Virus record (IMG/VR): IMGVR_UViG_3300042691_044733
Location: 62,980 to 126,979 of that record
DNA length: 64,000 bases
Strand: one strand, 5' to 3'
Source of the DNA: a virus
The notes under the pieces were generated by a model. That model had not been told where the DNA came from, did not search any database, and was given only the letters and a program-made list of their open reading frames with translations. Positions 18,757 through 28,600 of this stretch are shown piece by piece (position 1 is the stretch's first letter; each line of letters begins with the position of its first letter). Both the position numbers and the translations under genes were made by a program.

Positions 18757-21700
18757 CTATAAATTGTATTTGATTCATATATGCATTAAACATATTCATT
18801 AATTCATTTGCTGCCATATCAACTTCACCTGCTCCAGGATTTGGTTTTACAACTGGAGGAAAATAATTTGGTGTTGGATTTCCTTTTTCATCAAATACGT
18901 TAACATAACCTGACATTACCATAGATCCATCTGATTGTTTAACTAATGACCCAGCTCCATATTTACCAAAATCAATATTTACACTTCCTCTACTGTTGTA
19001 TTCTGTAGCAAATGGTCCATTTTTAGTTGATGAAAATGCTGAGTTGTTATCTGATATAACATCATTATCCATGAATATTGTAATGCTATTTTCACCACCA
19101 GGCATAACACCAGGACTTTTTGAAGTTCCGTCTAGTTTATCTTTTATTCCTGAACCTAATGTAATTGTAATTGCTTTCTTATTAATGTCATTAACTGCAA
19201 TAGGATATGCTTTTATATCCCACATTGCAGCATTTTCTTTAGTACCACGTTGCTCAAGTAATCCTCTAACTGCAAGTAATGCATTTTGGTTGTGCTCTAA
19301 TTCTTCATATGTTCCACCTTTACCAGCCATACCACCAGCATCACCAAATACAACTTTAACCTTATCTGATTTGGTATTATCATTTAAAGCTTTGAATACA
19401 TCATTATATGTATCTACAGTTGCTTTGTAACCCCAAGAGTTTGGTGATGCTGAATTAACTCCCATCCATGCAATTGGATTAGCTTCATAAAAATTACCAG
19501 AAGCATTATATCCCATAACAGGAGCAATGTAATTATCAAATTTAACACCTGCTGATGGATCTCTGTTATATACTTTAGAAAACATTAAACTATAATCTTC
19601 ATATAATTCTTCTCCCCTTGCAAGTGCATCATCTACATCTAATCTTACATTAGCCATCCCAAAAGTACCAGGTATTGGTTGTGATTTACCTATACCAGGA
19701 TGTTTTGCATACATGTTTAAAAACTCTTGTTTTGACATCATTCCTTTATCTGAAACATACTGAGAAAGAACTTGTTTATCAAAAGCAGTTAACTCTTTTT
19801 CATTTTTAAACTTAGCATATGCTAATTTTTGAGCAGCTTGAATATTGTGTTGGTTTTTTATTTCATTATCTTGTAACATCTTAACAACTCCAGTAGCATT
19901 ATTTTTTGCAATTTGTAAGGCTGCACTTCCAGAAAATAATGTTTTCATAGTTGGGTCTTCATTTAAAACATGATTGACCTTATCGTAAAGTACTCTATAA
20001 TTTCTTTGATTGTTAGGATCCGTGTAACTCGTCTCATTTTTTAAATCAATTAAAGAATAATCATCATTCAAATATCCATTTTGTTTAGTTACTGTTCTTT
20101 TAGTTTTTTTATAATCGGGTTCATTATTTAATAACTCATCCCCCCATCCAGTTATAGTTTTAAATAATGATGATAAACCCATACTAGCAGCATTATAAAC
20201 ATCTTCATCACTTAGCCCAAAGAGTCCTTCTCCTTCTTGTTTAAATACAGCAGGATATTTTATTGGTTCGGGTTTTTCATAACTATCTTCTTCTTCAGCA
20301 ACAAAATCACCAGAACTACCATAAATATCTTTAAGTTGAGTTCTTAGTGCAGTTTTTACATCTTCAGTTACTTTAACACCATTGTAATAAGTATCTGTTG
20401 GCAGATTTAAAATTGTTCTTGCTTCAGTTACAAATTGTTTATGTAATGCATCTGTTTGCATTACAGCACCATCTGAAAGTTTTACCTGTTCTTTGAAGTC
20501 AGTATTGAATGCATCAGGTTGAACGGCAGCACCACCTTGACTAGCACCTAACTGCATAGGTGTATCACCACTACCATCTCCAAAACCATATCCTTTGAAT
20601 GATTCAGATAGCAATTCCATTTTGGTTTTATACTCAATGGTTCTTCTATCTTCATCACCTCTTGCGGATATCTCTTTAAGTCTTAAACCATGTTCAAATC
20701 CAGCAAGGGCATATTCATCTGCTTTAATATCAATTTTTTGAGTTAACTGAGCATAGTTCTGTGCAGATTTAACAAGATCTGTAGAGAGCAACATATTCCC
20801 AACACTAGAATCAATTCTCATTCTTAATGATTTAGGATCCATTGATGAGATTAATTCCTGGTTTACTAAACCTTTTGTTTTATCATAAAAGTTTACATTA
20901 CTTTCCAGTACTTTTTTATCCTGAGTAAGTTGACTTAATGCTTCAGCTAATTCTTTTGCAGTTCTTGTTTCTGGATCCATTGTCTTTAATAATGATCCAA
21001 CTGCTTTCTCACTTGTATCTGCTTGATTTAATTTAATACTTTGTTCTTGGATTAATTGATCCGCTATAGCAGGAATGCTCTTTAATACTGAATCAAAGTA
21101 CATCTCTTCTGCTTTTTGTTCACCCACCATAGATGCATTAGCAGCAATATAATCTTTTCTATTTAAATAAGCTTGTGTTTTATAATATTCTATGGCTCCC
21201 TGGTCATTTCCAAATGTTGACAAGAATACATCACTCAACGCAGGAATAGCAGCAACACCATTTGTTGTTTTAATCCTATATCTACCTGAAGGATCAAAAG
21301 TTAAGTTTTCCATTTGGAAACCCATATCTTTTGCAAACTTCAAAGCTTCTTTACTAATGTTTCTACCCTTTACATATGTTGGATTTTGGAATCCTAGAAT
21401 ATCAGAATAACGGGATTTAGAAAAGTCATCAAGTTGATAATGAATAGCTCTAACACCACCTTCCCAATACTTATCTCCACACTTTGCTGAATCCATACAG
21501 TTTTTATAATAATCTGCTTCTTCCATTGCTTTTTGTGCAGATTTTACAAACGCCATGTCTTTAATGATATACTTATCATTAATAATAGGATCAAAAACCT
21601 TTCCTGCAAGTTCTACATTTTCTCTCTTTGAAAAATCAAGTGCAGATACTTTTTTAATATCATCATCAATTTTCTTAAAAAAGTCATCTCTACGTCTAAT

Positions 21701-21880
21701 ACTCTCATCATGTGCTAAAGGAGAATAGAGTAATGACCCATACATTTTACTAAGTTGGTCATAACCAGAATCATATCTTGCCTGCTTGGTAGACAAAGCT
21801 TGATTTAAAAAATCCATGTCTGGTTGAAATACTGCAATTTCTGGGATAAAATCTCCAGATTGATCTAAATAATTTGCCAT
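18734..21880 (-). CDS. Virion internal/cargo protein
   Basis: 1048 aa helical protein at the head of the cargo operon; function inferred from position. Confidence 0.6.
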   Translation of the reverse strand: MANYLDQSGDFIPEIAVFQPDMDFLNQALSTKQARYDSGYDQLSKMYGSLLYSPLAHDESIRRRDDFFKKIDDDIKKVSALDFSKRENVELAGKVFDPIINDKYIIKDMAFVKSAQKAMEEADYYKNCMDSAKCGDKYWEGGVRAIHYQLDDFSKSRYSDILGFQNPTYVKGRNISKEALKFAKDMGFQMENLTFDPSGRYRIKTTNGVAAIPALSDVFLSTFGNDQGAIEYYKTQAYLNRKDYIAANASMVGEQKAEEMYFDSVLKSIPAIADQLIQEQSIKLNQADTSEKAVGSLLKTMDPETRTAKELAEALSQLTQDKKVLESNVNFYDKTKGLVNQELISSMDPKSLRMRIDSSVGNMLLSTDLVKSAQNYAQLTQKIDIKADEYALAGFEHGLRLKEISARGDEDRRTIEYKTKMELLSESFKGYGFGDGSGDTPMQLGASQGGAAVQPDAFNTDFKEQVKLSDGAVMQTDALHKQFVTEARTILNLPTDTYYNGVKVTEDVKTALRTQLKDIYGSSGDFVAEEEDSYEKPEPIKYPAVFKQEGEGLFGLSDEDVYNAASMGLSSLFKTITGWGDELLNNEPDYKKTKRTVTKQNGYLNDDYSLIDLKNETSYTDPNNQRNYRVLYDKVNHVLNEDPTMKTLFSGSAALQIAKNNATGVVKMLQDNEIKNQHNIQAAQKLAYAKFKNEKELTAFDKQVLSQYVSDKGMMSKQEFLNMYAKHPGIGKSQPIPGTFGMANVRLDVDDALARGEELYEDYSLMFSKVYNRDPSAGVKFDNYIAPVMGYNASGNFYEANPIAWMGVNSASPNSWGYKATVDTYNDVFKALNDNTKSDKVKVVFGDAGGMAGKGGTYEELEHNQNALLAVRGLLEQRGTKENAAMWDIKAYPIAVNDINKKAITITLGSGIKDKLDGTSKSPGVMPGGENSITIFMDNDVISDNNSAFSSTKNGPFATEYNSRGSVNIDFGKYGAGSLVKQSDGSMVMSGYVNVFDEKGNPTPNYFPPVVKPNPGAGEVDMAANELMNMFNAYMNQIQFIDGKPQSK

Positions 21881-21949
21881 TTAAACTTATTTATATTATA
21901 AATATAAGCAAAAAACATTAAAAGTTTATTAAACTTTTTAAGTTTAAAC

Positions 21950-23893
21950 TTATAAAAGTCCTGATGCTTTAAGTGCATCAAAGTAATCTTGACTAGGTGC
22001 TTGACGTTTATTATTACTCTGTAAAGCAACTAGAGCATCTAAAAGTTTTTCAGGACTAATTGATCCACTAGCTGGTATAGATTTTCTAATCTGATCAATT
22101 AAATTAGAATACTGAGTAGCCTCATAGTTCTTATCCGCAATAAGCTGTCTTTCTTTATCAAAACTTAAATAGCCACCCATCTCAGGATGAATTTGAAAGT
22201 TATCATATAATTCATTAAGTACTTGAGCACGTGCTCTATTAGTAAATGAATTAGTAACTTGTTTCAAGATTTCATTATCTGCTTTACGTTTAGAATTATC
22301 AAATTGTTGATTTGTTAAAACTCCTTTATCATAAAGATCCTGTGCAATTTTAGCATTGTACATGAGAGTAGAGTTATTAATCTCAGTATTGATTCTCTCA
22401 CTGTCATTTGCTGTAGATACATTCTGATTGCTATATCTTGCTAAAACATCAGCAGCATTTTTGGCACCTGTACCTGCAAGTGAAGATAATCTTGATGAAC
22501 TTGCTTGAGGTCCAGCAAATGCACTCATTGCTTCTGTAGAAGTATTTAACTGTTCTGATATTGAAGCAAGTTCTCTTGTAGGATCATAAAATGTTGGTTC
22601 TACAAAATCAGGAGAAACCTTAGCTGCCCAAGGCATATATTTCTTCAAGGATGCTCTGTTATATAATGCTCCATAAGTGTTTAATTCATCTTGTAGCCAG
22701 AATGGGGTATAACCAGCACCTGTTCTAGCAGCACCAGATATATCAAGATCTGCATCTGGAATATCTCCAACTTTTTTTTCTGCTTCTTGAACAAATGGTT
22801 TTAAATCTGCTTTTGGTTTTAAACTATTAATTGCCCACAACATTGCTTCATGGAATGGACCAACCTCACCATCAGTTGCTTCTGCAAGAAGAACTTCTCT
22901 AATTTTATTTGGATCATTACCTGCTTTTGCCAATCTTGCGTTAATCCTTGGAGTATAATCAGTACCTTTAAATGTACCAAATTTTAAAACTTGTTTTGTA
23001 ATTGCAGGAATATTTTCAGGAGTTAATGCGTCCTCAACCATTTTTTTCCAAGCAGGATAATCTTCATCCCAAATTGTATATCCTGTATCACCTTTTGGTT
23101 TATAAGGTAACTTATCTTGTCCCATAGGTTCATACATATCTAATCCACCAGTAGTAGTACCAGTAGATCTGCCCATAGGTCTATTAATAGTATTTTTAGG
23201 AGCTTCTCCTGTTTTTTGTTTTGGTACTACAGGAGTTGGTTTTTTCGTAAATGATGGAACTTCTTCCCCACCCTCTTGAAATATCATAGGTATATTAATT
23301 GATCCACCTTTTTTAAGTGTTGGCAATTGTTCTCCAGCTACTCCAGAAAGATAATCTTCAGCGATTTTAGGAATACCATTTTCAAACCCTTTCATAGATT
23401 CTTGAACCAATGCCAGTTTTGCAAGTTTGTTTTTATAGTTATCAATCATCATTGTAGCAGTTTGTTTTTGTATATCATCTGATTTTGGATCATCTAATAT
23501 ATCTCTATACTTATTTATATCATATTTCTTTGCTATTTGAGCAGGTGGTTTTGCTTTTGTTTCACCGAACTCTTTTGTCATTTCTTTTGGAATAGACATT
23601 GATTTAGTTTTTGAAAATATGAAAGAATTTTCTGGGGCATCAATTGGAGTACCTCCTTTGTGATGGGGATCTCCAGATATATCAAAATGGGCTGGATAAC
23701 CAAACATATCAGGTACGTATATAGTTTCCCCATTTTCTGCTTCAATATTGGCATTTTCTCTTGGAGATTCTTTAAAAGTTTTTCTTGTGTTTTCTTCAAT
23801 AGAAGATGATCTCTTAGGACTTGACACAAGTTTTCCTTGATTAGTAGCTTCACTAAAACTAGGAGATTTTGTTATTTTTATTTTTCGTTTCAT
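21950..23893 (-). CDS. Virion cargo protein (crAss-like)
   Basis: 647 aa. NIEAENGE...GDPHHKGG...SFIFS module and KKGG/QEGG motifs typical of crAss-like cargo proteins; Ala/Asn/Gln-rich helical C-terminus. Confidence 0.6.
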   Translation of the reverse strand: MKRKIKITKSPSFSEATNQGKLVSSPKRSSSIEENTRKTFKESPRENANIEAENGETIYVPDMFGYPAHFDISGDPHHKGGTPIDAPENSFIFSKTKSMSIPKEMTKEFGETKAKPPAQIAKKYDINKYRDILDDPKSDDIQKQTATMMIDNYKNKLAKLALVQESMKGFENGIPKIAEDYLSGVAGEQLPTLKKGGSINIPMIFQEGGEEVPSFTKKPTPVVPKQKTGEAPKNTINRPMGRSTGTTTGGLDMYEPMGQDKLPYKPKGDTGYTIWDEDYPAWKKMVEDALTPENIPAITKQVLKFGTFKGTDYTPRINARLAKAGNDPNKIREVLLAEATDGEVGPFHEAMLWAINSLKPKADLKPFVQEAEKKVGDIPDADLDISGAARTGAGYTPFWLQDELNTYGALYNRASLKKYMPWAAKVSPDFVEPTFYDPTRELASISEQLNTSTEAMSAFAGPQASSSRLSSLAGTGAKNAADVLARYSNQNVSTANDSERINTEINNSTLMYNAKIAQDLYDKGVLTNQQFDNSKRKADNEILKQVTNSFTNRARAQVLNELYDNFQIHPEMGGYLSFDKERQLIADKNYEATQYSNLIDQIRKSIPASGSISPEKLLDALVALQSNNKRQAPSQDYFDALKASGLL

Positions 23894-23894
23894 T

Positions 23895-25607
23895 TTAATC
23901 TAGATATTCAATTGAACCACCGTTTTTAATAATATACTGAATTTCTTCATCACTTAGTTCATATTCACCACCTTCTTTGAACTTAGACAACTCGTTTAAA
24001 CCTTTTCCAGTAAACTGCACAGGTACCATTTGGTCTTGTCTAAAGGCACCTGTATTAATTTCATAATCACCACGCAGGGATTGTTCTTTACCAAAAATAT
24101 TATCAGCAGCAGTTCTAAGACCATACTTTTTAGCATTTCTTTTATCTGTTCCTGAATTTAACATATTAGTAAATAGTTTAGCTGCAAGTATATTTCTACT
24201 TGCTGGTATTAAACCACCATAAGGGTCGCTATATGTTTTTTTTACCATACCCATACTTTCTTCTGGATTTGGATCACCTGTCATTTCACTATTACCAATT
24301 AATTTTCTTGCTTGTTGATAGTCAAGTAAACCGTTATCTGGTGTATATCCTATAGGATTTTCTGGGTAATCTCCAGGTAAAGTATCTCCAGGCAACATAC
24401 CTTGAATACCCATATATCTCAATAAATCATCTCTTCCAGAAGTTACCTGCTTTTTATCAACATTCATTGGATTACCATATGAATCATAAGGATTAATAAC
24501 ATTTGGTCCTTTGCTAGTTTTAATGTTTAATTGATTATTTAATTCTTCATTAACACTTAAACCCATCTGAGCTTTTTTAAGTTTCTTACTTCTTGCTTCA
24601 TTAGCAATTTTAGAAATACTTTTCATAAACTCATTAGATGATTCACCACCATTTTCAAATATTAAAGGTAAAAATATATCACCACCTTTTTTCATTTCTT
24701 TCATAATATATAAATCATCAGGAGTACCCTTGATGGGATGCCATTGACCTTTTATATAATCATCCTCTTTTGCGTAGTGTGAAAATTTACCTTGAGGTCC
24801 GAAATTTGCTATATTATAAGGATCTTTGTTGTAAACTTTTCTATAAAGTGGATTTAGTACAAGTTTTTTTGGAGTTGCAAGTGTTTTGAGTGGTGGTTGT
24901 GCAACGGTATTTGGAGAAACTTGAAGATTACCAGTTTTAGAAGTTATTTTTTTATAATCTTCCCCTATAGGAACTTCCCTTGTATCGGCAATATTCCAAT
25001 TAAATTTTTTAGAAGCTTCATCATCATAATTATTATTATCATCATCAAACCACGATACAGGAATTTTATGATTTCCTATATTAGTATAACGTTTATTATG
25101 ATCACATTCCTTACAATATTCCTCATAGACATCAAAATTATTATTTTTTTTTCTTTCAATAATTTCTAATATTTCAGACTCGGAAAATTTATCAAAAAAT
25201 AAATCAGCTGCATTAGGATTTGACATAGCATATTCATAATCATTAGCTAAGGCTTCTTTATTAAATAATCCTGACTCACCTAATAAACGCATTTTATTTT
25301 CATAATTGCGAGTATTAATTCTATGAGATCTCATGTATTTAGCGTCTTCAGCATCCTGTAACATTTTATGATTTAACTCCTCACTTGGTTTTTGACCACC
25401 TTTTTGTAAAACAGGAGTTTCTACAACATAATCACCTGGAAATAAATAATCCTGATCTGGTATCATAAGTTTCATGTTTCCATGATTATCAATACCAAAA
25501 ACAGGAAAGTCAACTCCTTTCATAGTAATATTATTACTAGGAATTTTAAGAGCTGGTTGTTTCTTATCCTTTGAGTTACGTTTGTATCCTTCTGTGGATG
25601 TTTTCAT
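23895..25607 (-). CDS. Virion cargo/structural protein with repeated xxGG motifs
   Basis: 570 aa. IPSNNITMKGVDFPV N-terminal module; LQKGG, MKKGG, FENGG, FKEGG and IKNGG motifs. Confidence 0.55.
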   Translation of the reverse strand: MKTSTEGYKRNSKDKKQPALKIPSNNITMKGVDFPVFGIDNHGNMKLMIPDQDYLFPGDYVVETPVLQKGGQKPSEELNHKMLQDAEDAKYMRSHRINTRNYENKMRLLGESGLFNKEALANDYEYAMSNPNAADLFFDKFSESEILEIIERKKNNNFDVYEEYCKECDHNKRYTNIGNHKIPVSWFDDDNNNYDDEASKKFNWNIADTREVPIGEDYKKITSKTGNLQVSPNTVAQPPLKTLATPKKLVLNPLYRKVYNKDPYNIANFGPQGKFSHYAKEDDYIKGQWHPIKGTPDDLYIMKEMKKGGDIFLPLIFENGGESSNEFMKSISKIANEARSKKLKKAQMGLSVNEELNNQLNIKTSKGPNVINPYDSYGNPMNVDKKQVTSGRDDLLRYMGIQGMLPGDTLPGDYPENPIGYTPDNGLLDYQQARKLIGNSEMTGDPNPEESMGMVKKTYSDPYGGLIPASRNILAAKLFTNMLNSGTDKRNAKKYGLRTAADNIFGKEQSLRGDYEINTGAFRQDQMVPVQFTGKGLNELSKFKEGGEYELSDEEIQYIIKNGGSIEYLD

Positions 25608-28600
25608 CGTGGTGAATTTAATAATTTAGTATTTGTTAACTTCAGCATCATTTTAGTACTTCCAGAAACTGATTTAATAAACATTACATAGTTAAGATAA
25701 TGTCTAAACTTCTTTCTTTCAAGTGCAAACTTACTGTAATTCAGGTTGTTGATATTTAATGTTTTAATGTAACCATTCAATTCTGTAGACCAAATAGGTT
25801 GTGCAGATGCTGTATATTCACCTCTATCATTAGTAATATCCCAAAACTGATTTATTCTGTATTTTTGTTCTACCTTCTCACATAATACTGCAATGTTAGT
25901 AGCATTTATTATAGGATAAGATACTCTTGCAAGAGGATTGTTCTTTGGCATTTGTACAATATTTAACAAACCAGATACCTGTTCTGTATTTGATACAATC
26001 ATTCTATCAAAATTTTCATCTAATATATGAAATTTATCGACACCGTCTGCATCATACCTATAACATTCTAAGATATACTCTAAACTTCTAACAGTATTAA
26101 CTGCTTGACCAGTTGTTGTTGGTTGTTCAACTTCAAATGGATAATCAGTTCCATAGAAATTACAGAATAAATCTGTTCTATAGTTATGTCTCCATAATGA
26201 CTCATCTTTAGTAGTAACAAAATCTTTTTTCATTGACAGTGTTAAATCAGGGTGCCAGTCATGAAATGATACCCAGAATTTATTCTTAGGATCATAACTT
26301 ATTGTAAATGAGGTATTTGAAAAATATCTAGGATCTCCAAGTTTAATTTTAGTGGATCCATTTACTAAGAATATATTATCTTTCAAATAAGTAATATTTA
26401 CTCCTGGTATTTTCTTTACTTTATAATCTTTCTTACAGATATATAGCATTTGATCATCTGCATCATATGCTGCTTGACAACCTATTCCAATAACTGGATT
26501 ATCTGTTACTTCAAAATTTGGAAAATCCTGCAATAGGGTGTATGGGAGGAATTTAGAAAACCACCATCTCATACCATTACCTGATATTTCCTGTAATCCT
26601 TCTCCAACTTGAAATACTTTACCCTGATTTTGAGATACGTAAAACAATCCAGCAGGTGTGTTAATAGCAGATCTTAAATTCTGACATGATCCATACTCAT
26701 ATGGCAGATCACTATTAGTTAAACTTTGCATTGGTTGTGAAAACAATCCTCCATCACCAATAGTTATTTTAGTGTTTAAATCTGTTTGAAGTGTATCAAC
26801 ACCCATAAATTGTACTGGACTATCATCATGGAATAAAATAATAGCACCATTCTTACCAATTGTTTTAACTGTTGTTATATCAGATCTAAAATCTTTGTAA
26901 TTGTTTGCTAAGAAATACTTCCAGTAATCTTTTTTATTTTCAAGATTTGTAGGTAATGAGTAAATAACTCTATTTCTACGTTTTGTGTAGCATAATAAAG
27001 AGTCATTTGGTGTATAATCTCTAGACTGCATATTACCCCAAGTTATAAAACTTGAGTATAATTTACTGATGCTGAATGAATAATCATATTTATAATAGTT
27101 GCCAGTAGTAATTATTGAAGTGTCAAACAATCTTTGGATATCAGTATATCTATAAGGATCAAAGAATCTCTTGTCATCTTGGTCTTCCCAATCTCTTAAA
27201 TCAACATTGATCTCGCTTTCAACAAAGAAATCTCTAACTCCTGATTGGAATAAATAGAAATATGCCTGCTTTTTAGCAAATTTAAAATTCAATGCCTGTC
27301 CAAAATCACTTAACCCAAACCCAGGATTACTCAATGCAGCATCATCTAAGTTATTTAAATTAGCTGGGGTATTCCAGTTTGCAGGATTTGTTAAGTTACC
27401 AACAACAGATCCTATTAATCCATTAACATCATACTTAGTTGTATCTGCCCAATACCTTGGATAGATTATAGCATAGTATTTAGAATAATCTAATTCTGCA
27501 CCATTTGGTTGGTTATATAACCAGTTATAGAAATAAAAGAATGTATTCTTTTCTGTGTATCTACCAATGAATGTATCACCACCAAATATAATTGGTGATG
27601 TATATATTTGATTAAATAGTGTATATTGGTTTGTAGATGTTATTACTTCACTAGGAATTTCATTATTATCATTTACAATTACAGTACAACCAGTTGGTAT
27701 TTGTCTAATATTGTACAACTGACCATACTGATTTCTGTTTCTGGTTTTTAATCCACCATAATAAGATACGGTAGAAGTAGAAAATCTATCAGTTGGAGTA
27801 GCACGACCAGGTGTTAACCCAATTGTGGTGATTGTATTATCTGTAAGAGTAGCACAATCACTAATGTTTTGGTTTACATTAATTGCTACTGCTCTAGATC
27901 TATTAAGGTTATTAATAGTTTTATCGGTAAAAGTTTGAAACTGATTATCCAAATAAGCAGCATCAACTATTGCTCTTCTTTTATTTGAAGAGGTATTAGA
28001 GTTTCCAACATTATCTTTATGTGAGGTTGATGTTGAAACATATCTATAAGCATACTGTCTATATGGGATTGTTGCTCTAATTAACTCAAGTGCTGTTTCT
28101 GTACTTTGTGATAAGTAAGATAAGAATATCATTATACCACTGCTTGCTTTAATTAAACCAGGTAATTGATCAAATTCACTGTATTCATGTGTGAATATCT
28201 TACCTTTACCTATACCTCCAAATAATAAAGCATTTGTACCATAAGTTGTATATACAGCATTTGTAGGATTAAAGTTTCCAGTAACTGCTGTTGCAAGATC
28301 TAATCCAAAAAGTTCTACTAAAAAAGAACCAACGTTTAAAGCAGTATTACTTGCTCCAATTGTTGCTGCTGATGGGTTTCCACCAGTTGCTGCATTTAAC
28401 GACGCAGATCCACTTCCAGCAGGAATAAGTCCTAAATTCAATACTTTAGGTGCTTCAACAGTCTGTACTTGTTTACCCTTCATTGCTCTTGCAGCATTCG
28501 CCATACCCATTAAACCAGAAACTATCAATGATAAATCAGTTAATAATTTATGTTTTGGATGTCCAGGAACAGGCTCAAAAAATCCAGATACGTTACCAGA

